Part shown: in pieces, positions 1 through 18,397 of the stretch
How the letters are laid out: every line of letters starts with the position of its first letter
Position numbering within the stretch: position 1 is the first letter of the stretch
Origin: the human T2T-CHM13v2.0 reference genome, Homo sapiens
Assembly: GCF_009914755.1 (NCBI RefSeq)
Contig: NC_060928.1
Strand: one strand, 5' to 3'
Length of the DNA: 64,000 nucleotides
Notes under the pieces: generated by a model
What the model was told of the DNA's origin: nothing
Seen by the model: only the letters and a program-made list of their open reading frames with translations
Database searches by the model: none
Program-made: the position numbers and the translations under genes

Positions 1-150
1 ATACAAGTAATGATAAATGTTTGAGGTGATAGATATTCTAATTATTCTGATTTAATCATTAGACATCGTATACATGTGTTGGAATATCACACTGTTCCCC
101 ATGATATGTACAATTATTATGTGTCAATTAAAAATAATATAAAAGCAAAA
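1..150 (+). mobile_element. L1MA-type LINE-1 3' end
   Basis: Typical L1MA 3'UTR (atgtttgaggtgat..ctgatttaatcatt..atgtacaattattatgtgtcaattaaaaat) ending in an A-rich tail. Confidence 0.75.
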
Positions 151-2059
151 AATATATATACCATTTAAAATAGCAGCAAAAGTTGTTAGATATGATTCTA
201 TTAAAATATGTATAAGATCCGTATGTTGAAACTACAAAACTATAATGAAAGAAATCAATGAAGACCTACATAAATGGAGTGCTATGTCATGCTCAAGGAT
301 TGTTAAGATGCCAATTTCCCCCAATTTGACCTACAGATTTAAAACAAAAATTCAAGCAGTTTTCTGTGGGTATCAAAAATGTGATTTTTAATATTGCCCC
401 CTCCCAACCACAGAAAAGCAAAGAACTAAGATTAGCCAAACAATTCTGAAAAAAATAACAAAGTTGGAAGACTCCTATTACTGAATTCCAAGACTTACTG
501 TAACGCCTCAGTAATCAAGACAATGTGGAAATAGGAAAATGATAGACACATACATCAATGAAAAGTGTAGAGAGCCCAGAAATAGTTGATCCACATAAAT
601 ATAGTCAACTTATTTTTAACAAAGGTGCAAAGACAATTCAATAGAGAAATGATAGTCTTTTCAACAAATAGTACTGGAACAATTAGGGATTCATGCACAG
701 CAAAATGAATCTCAATGTATACCTCACACATTATACAAAAATTAACTCAAAATGTATCAGACCTGAAGATGAAATGTAAAACTATAAAACTTCTGAAAAA
801 AAAAAACATGGGAGAAAATCTGTATAATCTTGGGTTAAGCAAAGAGTTTTTAGCTACAACACCAAAAGCATAATTCCCAAGAAAAAAACAGGTAAATTGG
901 ACTTAATCAAAATTTAAAACTCTTACTCCATGAAAGACACTACTAAGGGAATGAAAAGACAAGCAACACACTGGGAGAAAATATTTGCAAGTAATATTTC
1001 TGACAAGAATTTTATCTAGAAAATATAAAGAACTCTAAAACTCAATGATAAGAAAACAAACAACCCAATTAAAAATGGGCAAAAGATCTGAAAAGACACT
1101 ACACTTAAAAAGACATACAGATGGCAAATAAGCATATGAAAAGATGCTGAATATCATTTGTCACTAGGGAAATGCAAATTAAAACAATCATGAGATACCA
1201 CTACACATCTATTAGAATGGCTAAAATAAAAAAAATGCAATATCAAATGCTGGTGAGAAATGCAGAGCTCTCATTCATTGCTACTGGGAATGCAAAATGC
1301 TATACGACTTTGGAAGACAGTTTGGCAGTTTCTTATAGAGTTAGACATAGGCTTACCGTATACCCAGCAATCATTCTCTTAGGCATTACCTAACTGTTTT
1401 TAAATCTTATGTTCACACAAAAACTGCATGCAAATGTTTATAGCAGTTTTATTCATAATTACTCAAAACTGGAATTAACCAAGATTTCCTTCAGTAGGTG
1501 AATGGATGAACAAACTGTGGTATATCCATACAATGAAATACTATTCAGCAATGAATAGTATTTATTAGCCATTCCTTCACTCACCTGCATGGATGAGTCA
1601 CAAATGCATTTTACAAGTGAAAGAAGCCAGGGCAAGAATACACAATATAATTCACATACAATATTACATACACAATATAATTCAAACCATATGATATTCT
1701 GGAAAAGGTCAAAGTTATACGGATAGAAAACATATCAGTGGTGCCAAGAGTTTAGGGGGAAAGAGGTATTTGACTAGGGGAAGCATTGGGCATCTTTAAA
1801 GTGTGATGGAACTAATCTGTGGTACTGTGGTGGCAAATACATGATCCTATGTATTGGTCAAAACACAGAGAACTTTGCAGCACAAAGAATGAACCTTAAT
1901 GTATGCAAATAAAAAATCGACGAAGAGGTCAACAGATCTCAGGATAGACTGTAGACTCTGACAAAAGAATATAATTGTATTACAAATATATGACATAACC
2001 CCACTGAAGGGTTTGGGGAGAATTAGACGCTCACCTAAGTAACTTTGGAAAATGGTGGG

Positions 2060-2435
2060 TGTATTAGCCTGTTTTCACACTGCTATAAAGAACTACCTGA
2101 GACTGGGTAATTTATGAAGTAAGTAGGTTTAATTGACTCGCAGTTCTGCAGGCTTAACAGGAAGCATGGCTAGGAGGCCTCAGGAAACTTACAATCGTGA
2201 CAGAAGGTGAAGGGTAAGCAAGCGTGTCTTACCATGGTGGAGCAGGAGAGAGAGAGCAAGGGGGGAAATGCCACACACACTTTCAAACAACCAGATCTCT
2301 TGAGAACTCACTATCAGGAGAACAAGGGGAAGCTCACCCCCATGATTCAATCACCTCCCACAAGGACCCTCCCCCAACATCTGGGGATTACAATTAGAGA
2401 TGAGATTTGTTGGGACACAGAGACAAACCATATCA
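2060..2435 (-). mobile_element. THE1D-like MaLR solo LTR
   Basis: tgtattagcc...aaaccatatca, 376 bp, perfect 5-bp TSD GTGGG (2055-2059, 2436-2440). Confidence 0.9.
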
Positions 2436-2441
2436 GTGGGG

Positions 2442-2865
<424 letters not shown>

Positions 2866-3431
2866 TAACAATTCTGAAACTGCTGAATATGTTTACTGGA
2901 ATTGAACAAGTAAATAAGTTGACAGCAGCTGGTTGGAGCCACATTTCTTATGATTAAAGAGGGATGTAACAGAGAAGCAAGGTTAGAATGAACCATGTGG
3001 TAATAGATTAGAGTTGGAGACACCAGTATGAACTCATGTTTATCTTAATACAGATTCAGAAGAATAGGCACAGAAGTAGTCATAGATATATGCAATACAT
3101 GGTTTGGTACACATACATAGGTTTCGTAGATCTTTCTACTGAAAGGGCCTATCACGATGACATCATGATAGGAATAAACACACCAATTGCTCATACCTTG
3201 GTTTTTAATACTCTTCTCCAATAAAAGGAACCAGGACTCCCTGGAGAAAAGACACGTTGTAGAGCTGGGACAGAGAATATACAAGTTGAGCCTGGAACAA
3301 TTTTTGTTGTGCCGGGAAATTAGGAAGTGCTCAAAAAGTAAAAGGATGAAGGCATGTGAGAAGGGCCCAGGAGCCGGCCTGAAAGAGCTTTTAATACCCA
3401 AACAATCTGAACAACAAAATAAACGGTATGT

Positions 3432-3511
3432 TGGGGTTGGTGCAAAAGTAATTGCGGTTGTTGCCCTTACTTTTAATTGCAAAAACTGCAATTAATTTTG
3501 TGCCAGCCTAA
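3432..3511. mobile_element. MADE1 (Hsmar1-derived 80-bp palindromic MITE)
   Basis: ggttggtgcaaaagtaattgcggtt...aaaaactgcaattaattttgtgccagcctaa, 80 bp made of two inverted TIRs. Confidence 0.9.
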
Positions 3512-4458
3512 TAAAATAGTAACATAACACAGAATTATAATCTAAAGTTTAAAATAAATAGCATGAGCCCATACTGATATAAGTAAATGACTGAACACGT
3601 ACATAAAGAAGAGACAGATCTCCTAAACAGAAAAATTCCCAGTAGTTCATGTAGACTCTCCTCCCTCAAGGTGACGTAGCTTAACACCACAGCCCTTGAA
3701 TGGGTTGTGCTTAGCGGCTTGCTTCCAAAGAGTAGAATACGAAAAGGTGGAAAAGTTACTTTATAATGAAGAAACCTGGTAAACGCTACTCAACCAGGTG
3801 ATCAAAGTTACCTTCATCAGTGATAATTCAAGCTGATACACATACTCCTGATAGAATGTGATGAAAATGAACTTCAACTCTATGTATTCCCTTCCAAAAA
3901 CTCACAATGTTTACAAAACAGTGAAAAAATATCAGACAAATCCAAACTGAGGAGCATGCTACAAAATATTTAACCAGTAACCTTTTGATATTAAGTCCAT
4001 AAAAATCAAGAAAAATCTGAGAAACTGTCGCAGCCAAGAGGAGAATTAGAGACATGATTACTAAATGTAATGTGGTATCCTGATTGAAATCCTGAGACAG
4101 AAAAAAGGACATTAGGGGAAAATTTGTGAAATCTGAATAAAGTGTGTAGTTTAGTTGATAAAAATGTATCCATGCTGGTTCCTTGGTTGTGACAAAAATT
4201 CCACAGTAATGTAAGATGTAAACAATAGAGAAAACGGTATTGGGTATACGGTAACTCTGCACTATCCTTGCAACTTTTCTGTAAACTATTCTAAAAAGAT
4301 ACATTGATTTAAATCTTAAAAACAACATAGGTATATTTTAAAAGAGCATACATAGAATGATCCCAATTCCGTGTAACTAATATGTGAATGTGTACCAGAG
4401 GAAAAACCAAATATGTATGTGACATCATACATATTGTCAGAGATATGACCATAGGTAA

Positions 4459-4787
<329 letters not shown>

Positions 4788-5744
4788 GTATTTTTCAATG
4801 CTATAATTTAAAACAAACATTTATTCCCTTAAGTAATTTTAAAAAGCAATACTCAAATAAATACAGACCATGCAATAGAGCAGTGGGAAGAGGGGAATCG
4901 AGCTGCTTCTGCGGAAACAGGCTGTTTTTCAGACCACCATCTTTAGCTGACTCAGGAGACAATAATTTCTGGGGTTAAAAGAAAAGACTGAACAAGAGCT
5001 GAATCTCTGAGTTTCTGTGATCGTCATTCTTGAGTCACTGTAAGAAAATGATCCTTTCACTTTTCTAGATTAAAAAAACTGAAATTACATGACTCAAACA
5101 AGGCCACAAAGTTGATTAGTGTGCTAAGGCATACAAATGTGTTTTATTTGGTCTATGCAGTGTTTCAAAACCATTTGAATATGAATAGCTTTAGGTAATG
5201 CTGCTTCTTTCTTTTGATTATAGCAAGCTTAGTGCACACAATACTTTTTCAACTCCTGGCCCACGGAGATATTTATTTGGAATCATTGATTTAGGTAAAG
5301 TAGCAGAAGTGAAAAACTGTGTACAGAGGTTAAGAAGTCTAAGATTAAATGAAGAAAAACCACTCTTTGTGAATTCCGAGAGGGAAGAAAAGTTCTTTTC
5401 CATGTGGGTTAATTTCTTGTTCTAGCCAGGACCATTGCATTGCATAAATACTGCAGGCTCTGTGCATGTCACCATATCTGTAAATGGAGCCCTGGAATTA
5501 TTCAGTGCACAGACTCGCAGCCAAATGCAGCAGCTCTGACTCTCCATCAGTGTCATATTGTAAAAGTCTTGTAATTTATAATGCTGTTTAATGTTCTGTT
5601 TTCATAAAGTGTGGTTTTGAGTCACATCTCAATTCAAAACCACTTTCAGGCATCATCACTTCAATATCTATTGAACATACGTACCAGACTCTGTTCTCTC
5701 ATTGATTCCTTACACTGGCCTTAACCAAAAGTTCTAATGGTATT

Positions 5745-5830
5745 TCTCATTTGTAAAATGAGAAAGTTGAGACTTAGAGAAGTCAAATAATTTGCCCAAG
5801 GTTATGCTATGGAGCAAGGATTTGAATCTA
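5745..5830 (-). mobile_element. MIR fragment
   Basis: Reversed MIR core (tgagaaagttgagacttagagaagtcaaataatttgcccaaggt). Confidence 0.55.
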
Positions 5831-6159
5831 CATAGTAAGGAACCTTTTGTGAGGGGGAGTATATTTATGAAGACATTGGAGCTAATTACTTTGTTTCATT
5901 TAGAAAAAACAATCTATTTTAATCTATAATACTCATTGATTTTTTACACCAATTAATTACTACATATAATTTTGAATATTATCACTAATGTTTGATATCT
6001 TTATTCACTTACCTAGGTGAAAGTAACTATATGTAATCTCTCATTTTTACGGTATGCCAAATTTTACTTTTCAAATTACATTATTTTCTTAGTATTTTGC
6101 AATGTAGACAATGTTTCAGTATTTGTCATGCATACACAATGTTTCAATATTTGTCATGA

Positions 6160-6547
<388 letters not shown>

Positions 6548-7019
6548 AGATGTAGATATTTTAAGCTGTCAAGAGTCTGGCAAAATTTTGGCTACTTGGA
6601 TACTAATTATATTAAAATCTATTAGCTAATCTTCCTATTTAATCTCCTCCTGCAATGGGCAGCATAATCAAACGGATTTCCAAAGAGGACATATTGAAGC
6701 ACAGAGGGTTTTAGGGTCTCTCTCAGGGAAGTCAAGTGCTTAGGGAAAACTGGAGAATTATAGCATTTGAAAGGCGAAAAAGGAGTTGCATCCAAGAAAA
6801 CAGTGTCAAAGCTGTTGAATTTAGTCCCTAAAGCAGCAAGCATGCAAAGGTTTTCTCAGATTAATACTATGGATTTTGCTGATGGCTGCTTTTAAATCAT
6901 CTTTTGAATGTGCAACTGAAAATACAGCTTTCTTTCTCAAGTTTTCAAAAATAAAGACCTTTCCTCTTCTCAGTAAACACATCTTCCATGAGTAAGCTGG
7001 ACATATTTCACAATCTTTA

Positions 7020-7430
7020 ATAATTCTCAGATCTGCATCTCCAGTGAGACCTCTCTCCTGAAACTCAGAGCTGTGTCCAACTATTTACAGTATACTTTCA
7101 TTTGAGTGCCTTAATGGAACCTCAAATTTTTCCAGCGCTAAGCTGGCTGTCACCATCTCTCCCACCACACATGGCAATAGCAACCACAATAATGACAACC
7201 ACAACAAATCAATTTTACCTCATGTATTTTCCATTTAAGGCCTGGAAAAACCAACCACTCAAATTAGCTCCTTCCTTCAATCTACACATAGAGTTGATTA
7301 CTAACTCGTAAAGAATCTGTTTCCTTAATTTCCTTAATCTTTCTCTCATCTATCTCTGTCTCTTGCTCCCAGGGCCATCTTGTATGCTTGTCCTCCTCCC
7401 TGCAATGATTATGAGAGCCTTGACAACAGA
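7020..7430 (+). mobile_element. L2 fragments
   Basis: L2-like motifs (catctccagtgagacctctctcctgaaactcagag...tccaact). Confidence 0.5.
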
Positions 7431-7455
7431 CATTGTCTAACTTACAGCTAAAACC

Positions 7456-7769
7456 TTTTTTTTTTTAATTTTTTTTTTGTGTGTGTGGAGACAGGGTCTT
7501 GCTCTGCCATTCTGGATGGAGTGCAGTGGCACAATCATGGATCACTGCAGCCTTGAACTCCTGGGCTCAAGTGATCCTTCTGCCTCTGCCTTCTGAGTAG
7601 CTGAGACTACAGGCATGCACAATCCTGCCCAGCTAATTTTAAAAAAAATTGTAGAGATGGGATCTTGTGATGTTGGCCAGGCTGGTCTTGAACTCCTGGC
7701 CTCAGGTGATTCTCCCCCATCAGCCTCCCAAAGTGCTAGGATTACAGGTGAGAGCCACTGCACCCAGCT
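7456..7769 (-). mobile_element. AluJ
   Basis: Full reverse Alu, CpG-depleted, J diagnostics. Confidence 0.9.
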
Positions 7770-8370
7770 ATAACTGAAACATTTAGTCGGCCCTTAATGC
7801 ACATCATTTTTTTCTTAACCCCGTCATCGAAAGGTTTAAAAGACTTTTGGAACTTTTAGATTTATCAGAAAGAATTTTCCCTAAACTTTGTGACTACATG
7901 AAAGTTATCTTTCAAGTATGTACATACATTTATTTTTGAACCACTTTAGTCATCTGTGCTTCTTGGAAAGGCAATTTGTATTTGGTCTGTCTCCAGGCAT
8001 GGGCCTTGGGTGTGGTGTTTTTCTAATGGTTTTCCTCAACCATTTCAGGGATAGAACTAAGCCCTAATTGTTGTAAGATATCCATTGTACACAACGAATT
8101 ACCTTCTCTTCTATGCATATTCCAGGATAGTACTAGCTCTGTGCCATCTTGGGAGAACTGAGAAAATAGTCACTTAAATCATTGTCTGTTTTGTGGTTCA
8201 CATGAGAAACTCCAATTGAGAAAAGCTGCAAGGTCTCAAAAAAGGTCCTTAGGAAATATTTCTCATAGATTACCAGAGATTGTGATTTTCTTACCAATGG
8301 GCTAATGGCCCAGTCTCACTTTTTCCTTGCTAGTTTATCCATTCATTGCCTCCTGTCCCAGAAATCAAAA

Positions 8371-8407
8371 CACACACACATGCGCACACACACGCACGCA
8401 CACACAC
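8371..8407. repeat. Imperfect (CA)n microsatellite
   Basis: cacacacacatgcgcacacacacgcacgcacacacac. Confidence 0.8.
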
Positions 8408-9654
8408 CCCAAAACAATCCCACTAGCCATGGATATGATGTTAGCAAAACACCTTGCTTTTATCTTTCAAGTCCTCTTTAAGCATTCTCTTTACCAATAT
8501 TTAGACTCAGAGTTGGAAATTTAAAAAAAACATCTGAAATCTCTACTTGATTTGGAAAATCTTTTTCCTTGGAACTAGGCTGGCATGAAAGGAACAGGCG
8601 TCATGGAAAGCTGTGTTTTCTTTTGCTTCTCTTTGGGGAGCAATAGTTAAGAGCTGTGATGGCAGACATGAAAGTAAGCCCAGCTCTTTACAGTTGGCCT
8701 CCTTTGAAAGGCCTTTCCTTGACCCCTATTCCCCAGGAAAAAAAAAAAGTTGCTAACAGGAACATCACAAGATTCCATTGATGAAATGTGTTGAACCAAA
8801 CCATGTATGATGACAACTAGTGGGTGGAAAACATTTCCCCAAATCAGAACTGGGTATCTACCCTCCACGTTACTTCACTGGATGCCAAAAGGTTATCTGT
8901 GAGGAACTAGGAAAGGAAGTATATTTGAAAACATCACTGGAACTTGTATACAACATCTTAAGGTGTTTGATCCTTTTATGAACTGTTGACAGCTTTTCGC
9001 CATTGAAGTCTATATGAGATTTGCCAGCCAAGTGAAAGGAGGAAGCAGGGCCAGAGTGCTTGACCAAGGAACCCCTAAGAGCTGGTTAGATCACAAGACA
9101 TGAGATGACCAGGGAGAGGAAATGGCCCAGAATTCCATGAAATGCTCAGGCATCTGTATCAGCAGTTTCATCAGACCTATTTCGGCCATCCAAATGATTC
9201 TCTTTGAGTTTCACTTCCAGTATCATCTTCATTCAAGGATCCAGGCAAATGTGAATTCCCAGAGCACTCAGAGAAGCATGAAGTAGCTGAGGATTATTAA
9301 TAATCATTACAGTGCACTAAATCAGTAACGGCACTGAATCAGGCCATCGTGCAACACACCCTTTTGTGTTTATTAATGGTCATGACAGTTGCTTAATTGG
9401 GATAGTAGTTCTGTTTAATTGGGACATATTTAGTGCTACTCAGGCCAGGTATCTTCCTCTTGCTCCTGCCAGGTCTGTTTGTTCTTCACAAGTTTCTCAG
9501 TATTTCTGTGGAATGTGCCTGATGCCAGCTGGTCTCCTAAGCCTTCCCACGCTGGGAAGTCTTCTGGGCTGTGGCTTCTGCCTGGGACGTTATCGTCGGT
9601 GTTAGATTAACAAGCCATGACTTAGAAGTCCTTTGCTTAAAAATGAGTATGTCA

Positions 9655-9959
9655 GGCTGAGTGTGGTGGCTCATGCCTATAATTCCAGTGTTATGGGATT
9701 CCAAGGCAAGGGAATTGCTTGAGGCCAGGAGTTCGAGACTAGTTTGGGCAACATAGTAAGACGCCATCTCTGTAAAAAAATAAAAAAAAAAATTAGCCAG
9801 GCATGGTGACATGTGCCTGTAGTCTTACCTGCTCGGGAGGCTGAGGTGGGAGGATCACTTGAACCTAGGAGGTCAAGACTACAGTGAGCTAGAATCATGC
9901 GACTGCACTCCAGCCTGGATGACAGAGTGAGACCCTGTCTCAAAAATAAATAAATAAAT
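9655..9959 (+). mobile_element. AluJ with (TAAA)n tail
   Basis: Full Alu, TSD AAAATGAGT(A/G)TGTCA at 9640-9654 and 9960-9974. Confidence 0.92.
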
Positions 9960-11359
9960 AAAATGAGTGTGTCATGTGCATGTTTAATGCTGACTCTAGC
10001 ATATAATGGATACTTATAAATCAATAATTATGCAACGTTATCTTCATTAGTATGGAGAAAGGAATCTTTTCTCAAACCCTCTCCATCCATTGCCACTACT
10101 GTTAATCTTGGGTTCTGTCTCATTTCTCACCTCATTGCTCCATTTTTATAGCCAGCTCACCTTTCTGACCCAGGCTTTGGATTTTCCCACAGCTCAGCAT
10201 ATAGCTCAGACTCTCTATAAATACGTACCTCCCTCCTTAGCTCCTTCCAAAAACTGACCTTGTGCCTTCCTCGTTGTCTGGGCTCCATGTCCATTCGTGA
10301 CCCATTATATGTTAAGTTCCCACAGACACTGATGTAAACACAGACCTCTTTTTCACTGATGTCTCCTGATCACTCTTTTCATCACATGGTGCCCTTCTGC
10401 CCGTCAGACTGTATCATGGCAGGATGATTCCACTTGCGTTGTAAGTTCCTACAATCTTATGAGAGTCATTAGTTAAAAAATGATATTGTAAAAGTAATGC
10501 TGATGTTATAGACAGCCAAACAACAGCATAGAGTTTGTAAACAAGTTTTCTGAAAGCTTATAGTACATCAGACATTCACGATTTGGAGAAGGAGGCCATG
10601 AATTCTACATTTCCATACCCATGTTGCAACCACCTGACCACACTCAACAACCATAGGAATTCTTACAAAAGCCTGATTTCCTTCCAAAATAATCTGCTTC
10701 AAAAAAAAAACTTAATTATTTATTTTGCTTCATTCAATAGGACTCAAATTATGTTTGTTTTTTAAAATAAGTTTGACTTATTTTCATATTAAATTGCTTG
10801 ATCATTTCTTTTAAGTTAGTGAGGACTTTCTGTGCTTTGAAGTAGTTTTTGGCTTTTTTGTTTTCCTTTAGGGTATGACAAACTATTACATTGTCTGGAG
10901 AATTGGGGACTGGATCAGAGAGGCAGAACAAGTGGAGCTCAGGGACATGATTTCTAAATAACAATTCTCATGTGAATGCTCCTACAATATTTCCCTTTTA
11001 CTCATGTTTTTGTGTTGGTGTTTTTGTTGTGGTCTGGACTGGGGCAAAAAATGAAATAGTAGATCCAGATGTGAAATACATCTTTTGAAACTGATGTAGG
11101 GGTGTGTGTGGTGTGTGTGTGTGTAAAATCAAAGGGTACTTCTGTAGTTAAAAGCTCTGAGATAAGAAAAGAAAAGGTGAGGTGGAGGGAAAATATTTTA
11201 CTACTGAACCCCATCCTTATGGATCTAACCGTCAAACAGCTTCTTTCTGAAAGTATATCTTCTCTATTACACAAATGATGACTTTGGCAGGTTTTCAGTT
11301 TTAAGATATTACATTGCAGATCTTAATTTCTCTGGTTTAAGAGTGTGTGATCATCCCCT

Positions 11360-11535
11360 GAAAGCAAGAACTTTGGAGTCAACAGATCTGAGCTCAGACC
11401 TGACATTAGCTATTGATCTTGAACAAGTCACTTTCCTTCCTGACTTTCAGTTTCTCCATAAAGCAGAAACAACAAAACCTACTTCCAGGGTAATTATGAG
11501 TATTCAATGAGACTATGTACATAGCACAGAGTGTG
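11360..11535 (+). mobile_element. MIR
   Basis: ctttggagtcaacagatctgagctca...cttgaacaagtcacttt...cagtttctcc MIR core. Confidence 0.65.
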
Positions 11536-11859
11536 GGCCCTCTTGGAATGTTCCATGCCGTGTAAGTAGGTGAAAAGTGTCCTCTAGCCCATGCTGTGCC
11601 TAGAGAGCACCCAAAAGGCTGACTTGGCTACTGTCTCTGCCCTAGTGCGCAGTGGGGCCTGCTGCTGGGGAGGCTGCTGACCCTAAGCCGGACTTTATTG
11701 CAGCTTCCAGATTTAGCAGGACTTATTACTAAAGATCTCAACACCAAATCATCTATATCCTTATATAATACCCTGTATTCCATGGATATTTAACTTTTTA
11801 ACATGTCAACTGACTGACTTGACCTAGTTGAGCAAGGTAGGCAGCCAATGCATAGTCTT

Positions 11860-11985
11860 CTACTAGACTGTAATCTCCATGGTGGCAGGCATTGCATGTG
11901 TTTTGCTCACTCCTCTATCTCCAGAACCTAGCACAGTTCCCCAAACCTGGTAGTGAGTCAATAAATATTTTGTTGAATGACTTAA
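11860..11985 (+). mobile_element. L2 3' end
   Basis: ctagactgtaatctccatggtggcagg...cctagcacagt...tcaataaatattttgttgaatga. Confidence 0.75.
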
Positions 11986-12115
11986 TTACAAAGTCCAGCC
12001 ACAACCTAAGAAGATGGCTTGACTTGATGTTTTAAGGAGTTGCACTATGAAAGAATGGGGAGTTCTCTGGAAAATTCACTTCCGCTTTCTTTAACAGGAT
12101 TCGAGAATAAGTCTC

Positions 12116-12397
12116 TTTTTTTAATTTTTTTTAATTTTTATATATATATATTTTTCATTATATTTTAAGTTCTAGGGTACATGTGCACAACGTGCAGGTT
12201 TGTTACATATGTGTACATGTGACATGTTGGTGTGCTGCAACCATTAACTCATCATTTACATTAGGTATATCTCCTAATGCTATCCCTCCTCCCTCCCCCC
12301 ACCCCACAACAGGCCCCGGTGTGTGATGTTCCCCATCCTGTGTCCATGTGTTCTCATTGTTCAATTCCCACCTATGAGTGAGAACATGCAGTGTTGG
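12116..12397 (-). mobile_element. L1PA5-like 3' end, heavily 5'-truncated
   Basis: Poly-T/TA tail, then ttttaagttctagggtacatgtgcacaacgtgcagg...cctatgagtgagaacatgc. No clear TSD. Confidence 0.9.
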
Positions 12398-13511
12398 CTT
12401 TACTGCTCCCAATATGACTGTTGCATTTTTTCCACCTAATGTAATTGGGTAGAATGGGGTTTCTATTTTCATTTTTGAGGCAAGATACAGATTGCAGCCT
12501 CATTAAATTTGTACCTTTCTTGCAAACCCAAACAACACTTCTTACTGCCTCCTGTTTACTAAGGATAAGAACAGTACAAGCAGACTTCAGATGAAACAAA
12601 CTCTACAGTGGTCACCATCAGAGAACATTTAGTGAAATACTTAGTATGAAGGGATCAGTAGTGAGGAACACTGGGGACTCTTGGAACTTTTCTATGCTGC
12701 ACAAGAGAACCACATCAGAGGGCACTGGCAAGAATTGATACGTTAAAAAAAAGTTCTCTACCTGCCAGGATGGGTGTAACTGAGTCAGAGGCCAGAAAAG
12801 CCGGAGGAAAAGGAAGGAAGCAGGGTGTGTTAGCCACATGACTAAAGTGATAGGGCATATGGTTCTTAAGCAGGAAAAGACGCGTAGGCTGGACAAAAAT
12901 GTAAACATTGGTGGCGTGTGGAGTATTCAGGAGGGCTGGAAATAAAAAGCTTTGTGAGTCTGCTGAAAAGAAAGTGTGGCTTTGATGTGGAGCACATTTT
13001 CAACTGCAGCAGGGTTGCCATCTCTTGTGGTTGCCAAAATAATACTTAAACGAAAAATAGGAGGTTGTTCTTTGCTTAGGGGTGGCCTGTAGGAGGAAGA
13101 ATCACAAGCATTTTCAAGTTGAAGAAGGCACCATTAAGACACTTCAATGGAACCAATAAGTCCAGTCAGTAGCCACCAAATTCTGCCAGGCCATTTTAGC
13201 AACTACCAGACCTCCAGTTTGATGACTGGCAGCCTCTGCAGCAGCAGATGCAGTTGAAGAGTCTGGGAGATGCCACTGTCCAGTTGAAACAAGGACTGCT
13301 GGGTGGACTTCCTTAAGCCACCCTTCCTTATCCTCAACCTGGATCTCATACTGGGTCTTCAAGCCTCAGAGGAAGGATGGATAGTCAGCCCTCTTAGAGC
13401 CAATTATCCCTTGGGGGAATATGGGAAGAAGCATGATTCTGCAGTTAGAAAGTACCTTGGCCAGTGCGAAGTTCTTTTAGGGCTCACTTCACATCTGCCT
13501 GAGCAGAAACA

Positions 13512-13843
13512 CAGTCAGCCCTCCATCAGCCCTCCCAGTCCCTGGATCTGCATCTGGATTCAACCAACTGTGGATTGAAAATATTTGGGGGAATAAAAGC
13601 AATAAAAATTAACAATACACCAATAAAAAGTAATAGAAATAAAAAACAATACAGTATAACAACTATTTATGGAACATTTGTGTTGTATTAGGTATTATAA
13701 GTAATCTAGAGATGATTTAAAGTATGCAGGAGGAGGTATGTGCAAATACTATGCCATTTTATATGAGGTACTTGAGCATCTGCAGTTCTGAGTATTGGCA
13801 GGAGGTCCTGGAACCAATCCCCTACCAATACCAAGGGATACTG
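13512..13843. mobile_element. Tigger4b/MER46-type TcMar MITE
   Basis: cagtcagccctcc...ggattcaaccaactgtggattgaaaatatt...gtattaggtattataagtaatctagagatgatttaaagtat...ggtcctggaaccaatcccc...ggatactg. Confidence 0.8.
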
Positions 13844-13909
13844 TATATTCAGGCCATATGAACAAGGGAAGAAAACCCAGCAGTGGGATTCACGGAGCAT
13901 GATTGTTAC

Positions 13910-14220
13910 TGCAGCTCACTTACTAACTAGCTTTGTGACCTTGGACCAGTCATTAGACCCTCCTGCACCGCAGCCTCTACACTCAGAGGGTAGAACCAGA
14001 TAATCATCCAGACCCTTTCATTTCAGAACACCATGGTTCTGTGATTTACAGGAAGATCATAAGCTAGGTTCCATTCTTGCTTCTCTGTATAAACTTGGGC
14101 AAGTTTTTATTCCACCCTGTCCCTCAGCTTTCCCATATGTAAAATTGAGTTACTCATACTAATTTTACAATATTTTGAAAACTCACAGATGAAAGATATT
14201 AGGCAAATGCTGGTTATCAT
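13910..14220 (+). mobile_element. Two MIR/MIR3 fragments
   Basis: tgtgaccttggaccagtca and cttgggcaagttt...cctcagctttcccatatgtaaaat cores. Confidence 0.55.
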
Positions 14221-14404
14221 CAAAGCCTTAAAGGCAATTTTAATAACTTAACTTTTGAATATTTCATTGGAGATTAGATATGAATCCCTGGTAATTTTCT
14301 TTTTTAATTATACTTTAAGTTTTAGGGTACATGTGCACAACGTGCAGGTTTGTTACATATGTATACATGTGCCATGTTGGTGGGCTGCACCCATTAACTC
14401 ATCA

Positions 14405-18334
<3,930 letters not shown>

Positions 18335-18397
18335 TATGATGTTAGCTGGTTATTTTGTTCATTAGTTGATGCAGTTTCTTCCTAGCTTCAGTGGTCT

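Noticed and set aside
3432-3511. MADE1 hairpin as a miR-548-family precursor
   Set aside because: MADE1 copies are abundant, and this one has several stem mismatches. No expression evidence is available from sequence.
5425-5525. Possible MER91-like hAT relic
   Set aside because: Similarity too degraded to support a call.
6108-6158. Short direct repeat caatgtttca(g/a)tatttgtcatg (similar one at ~1638-1684)
   Set aside because: Two-copy slippage duplications with no further structure.
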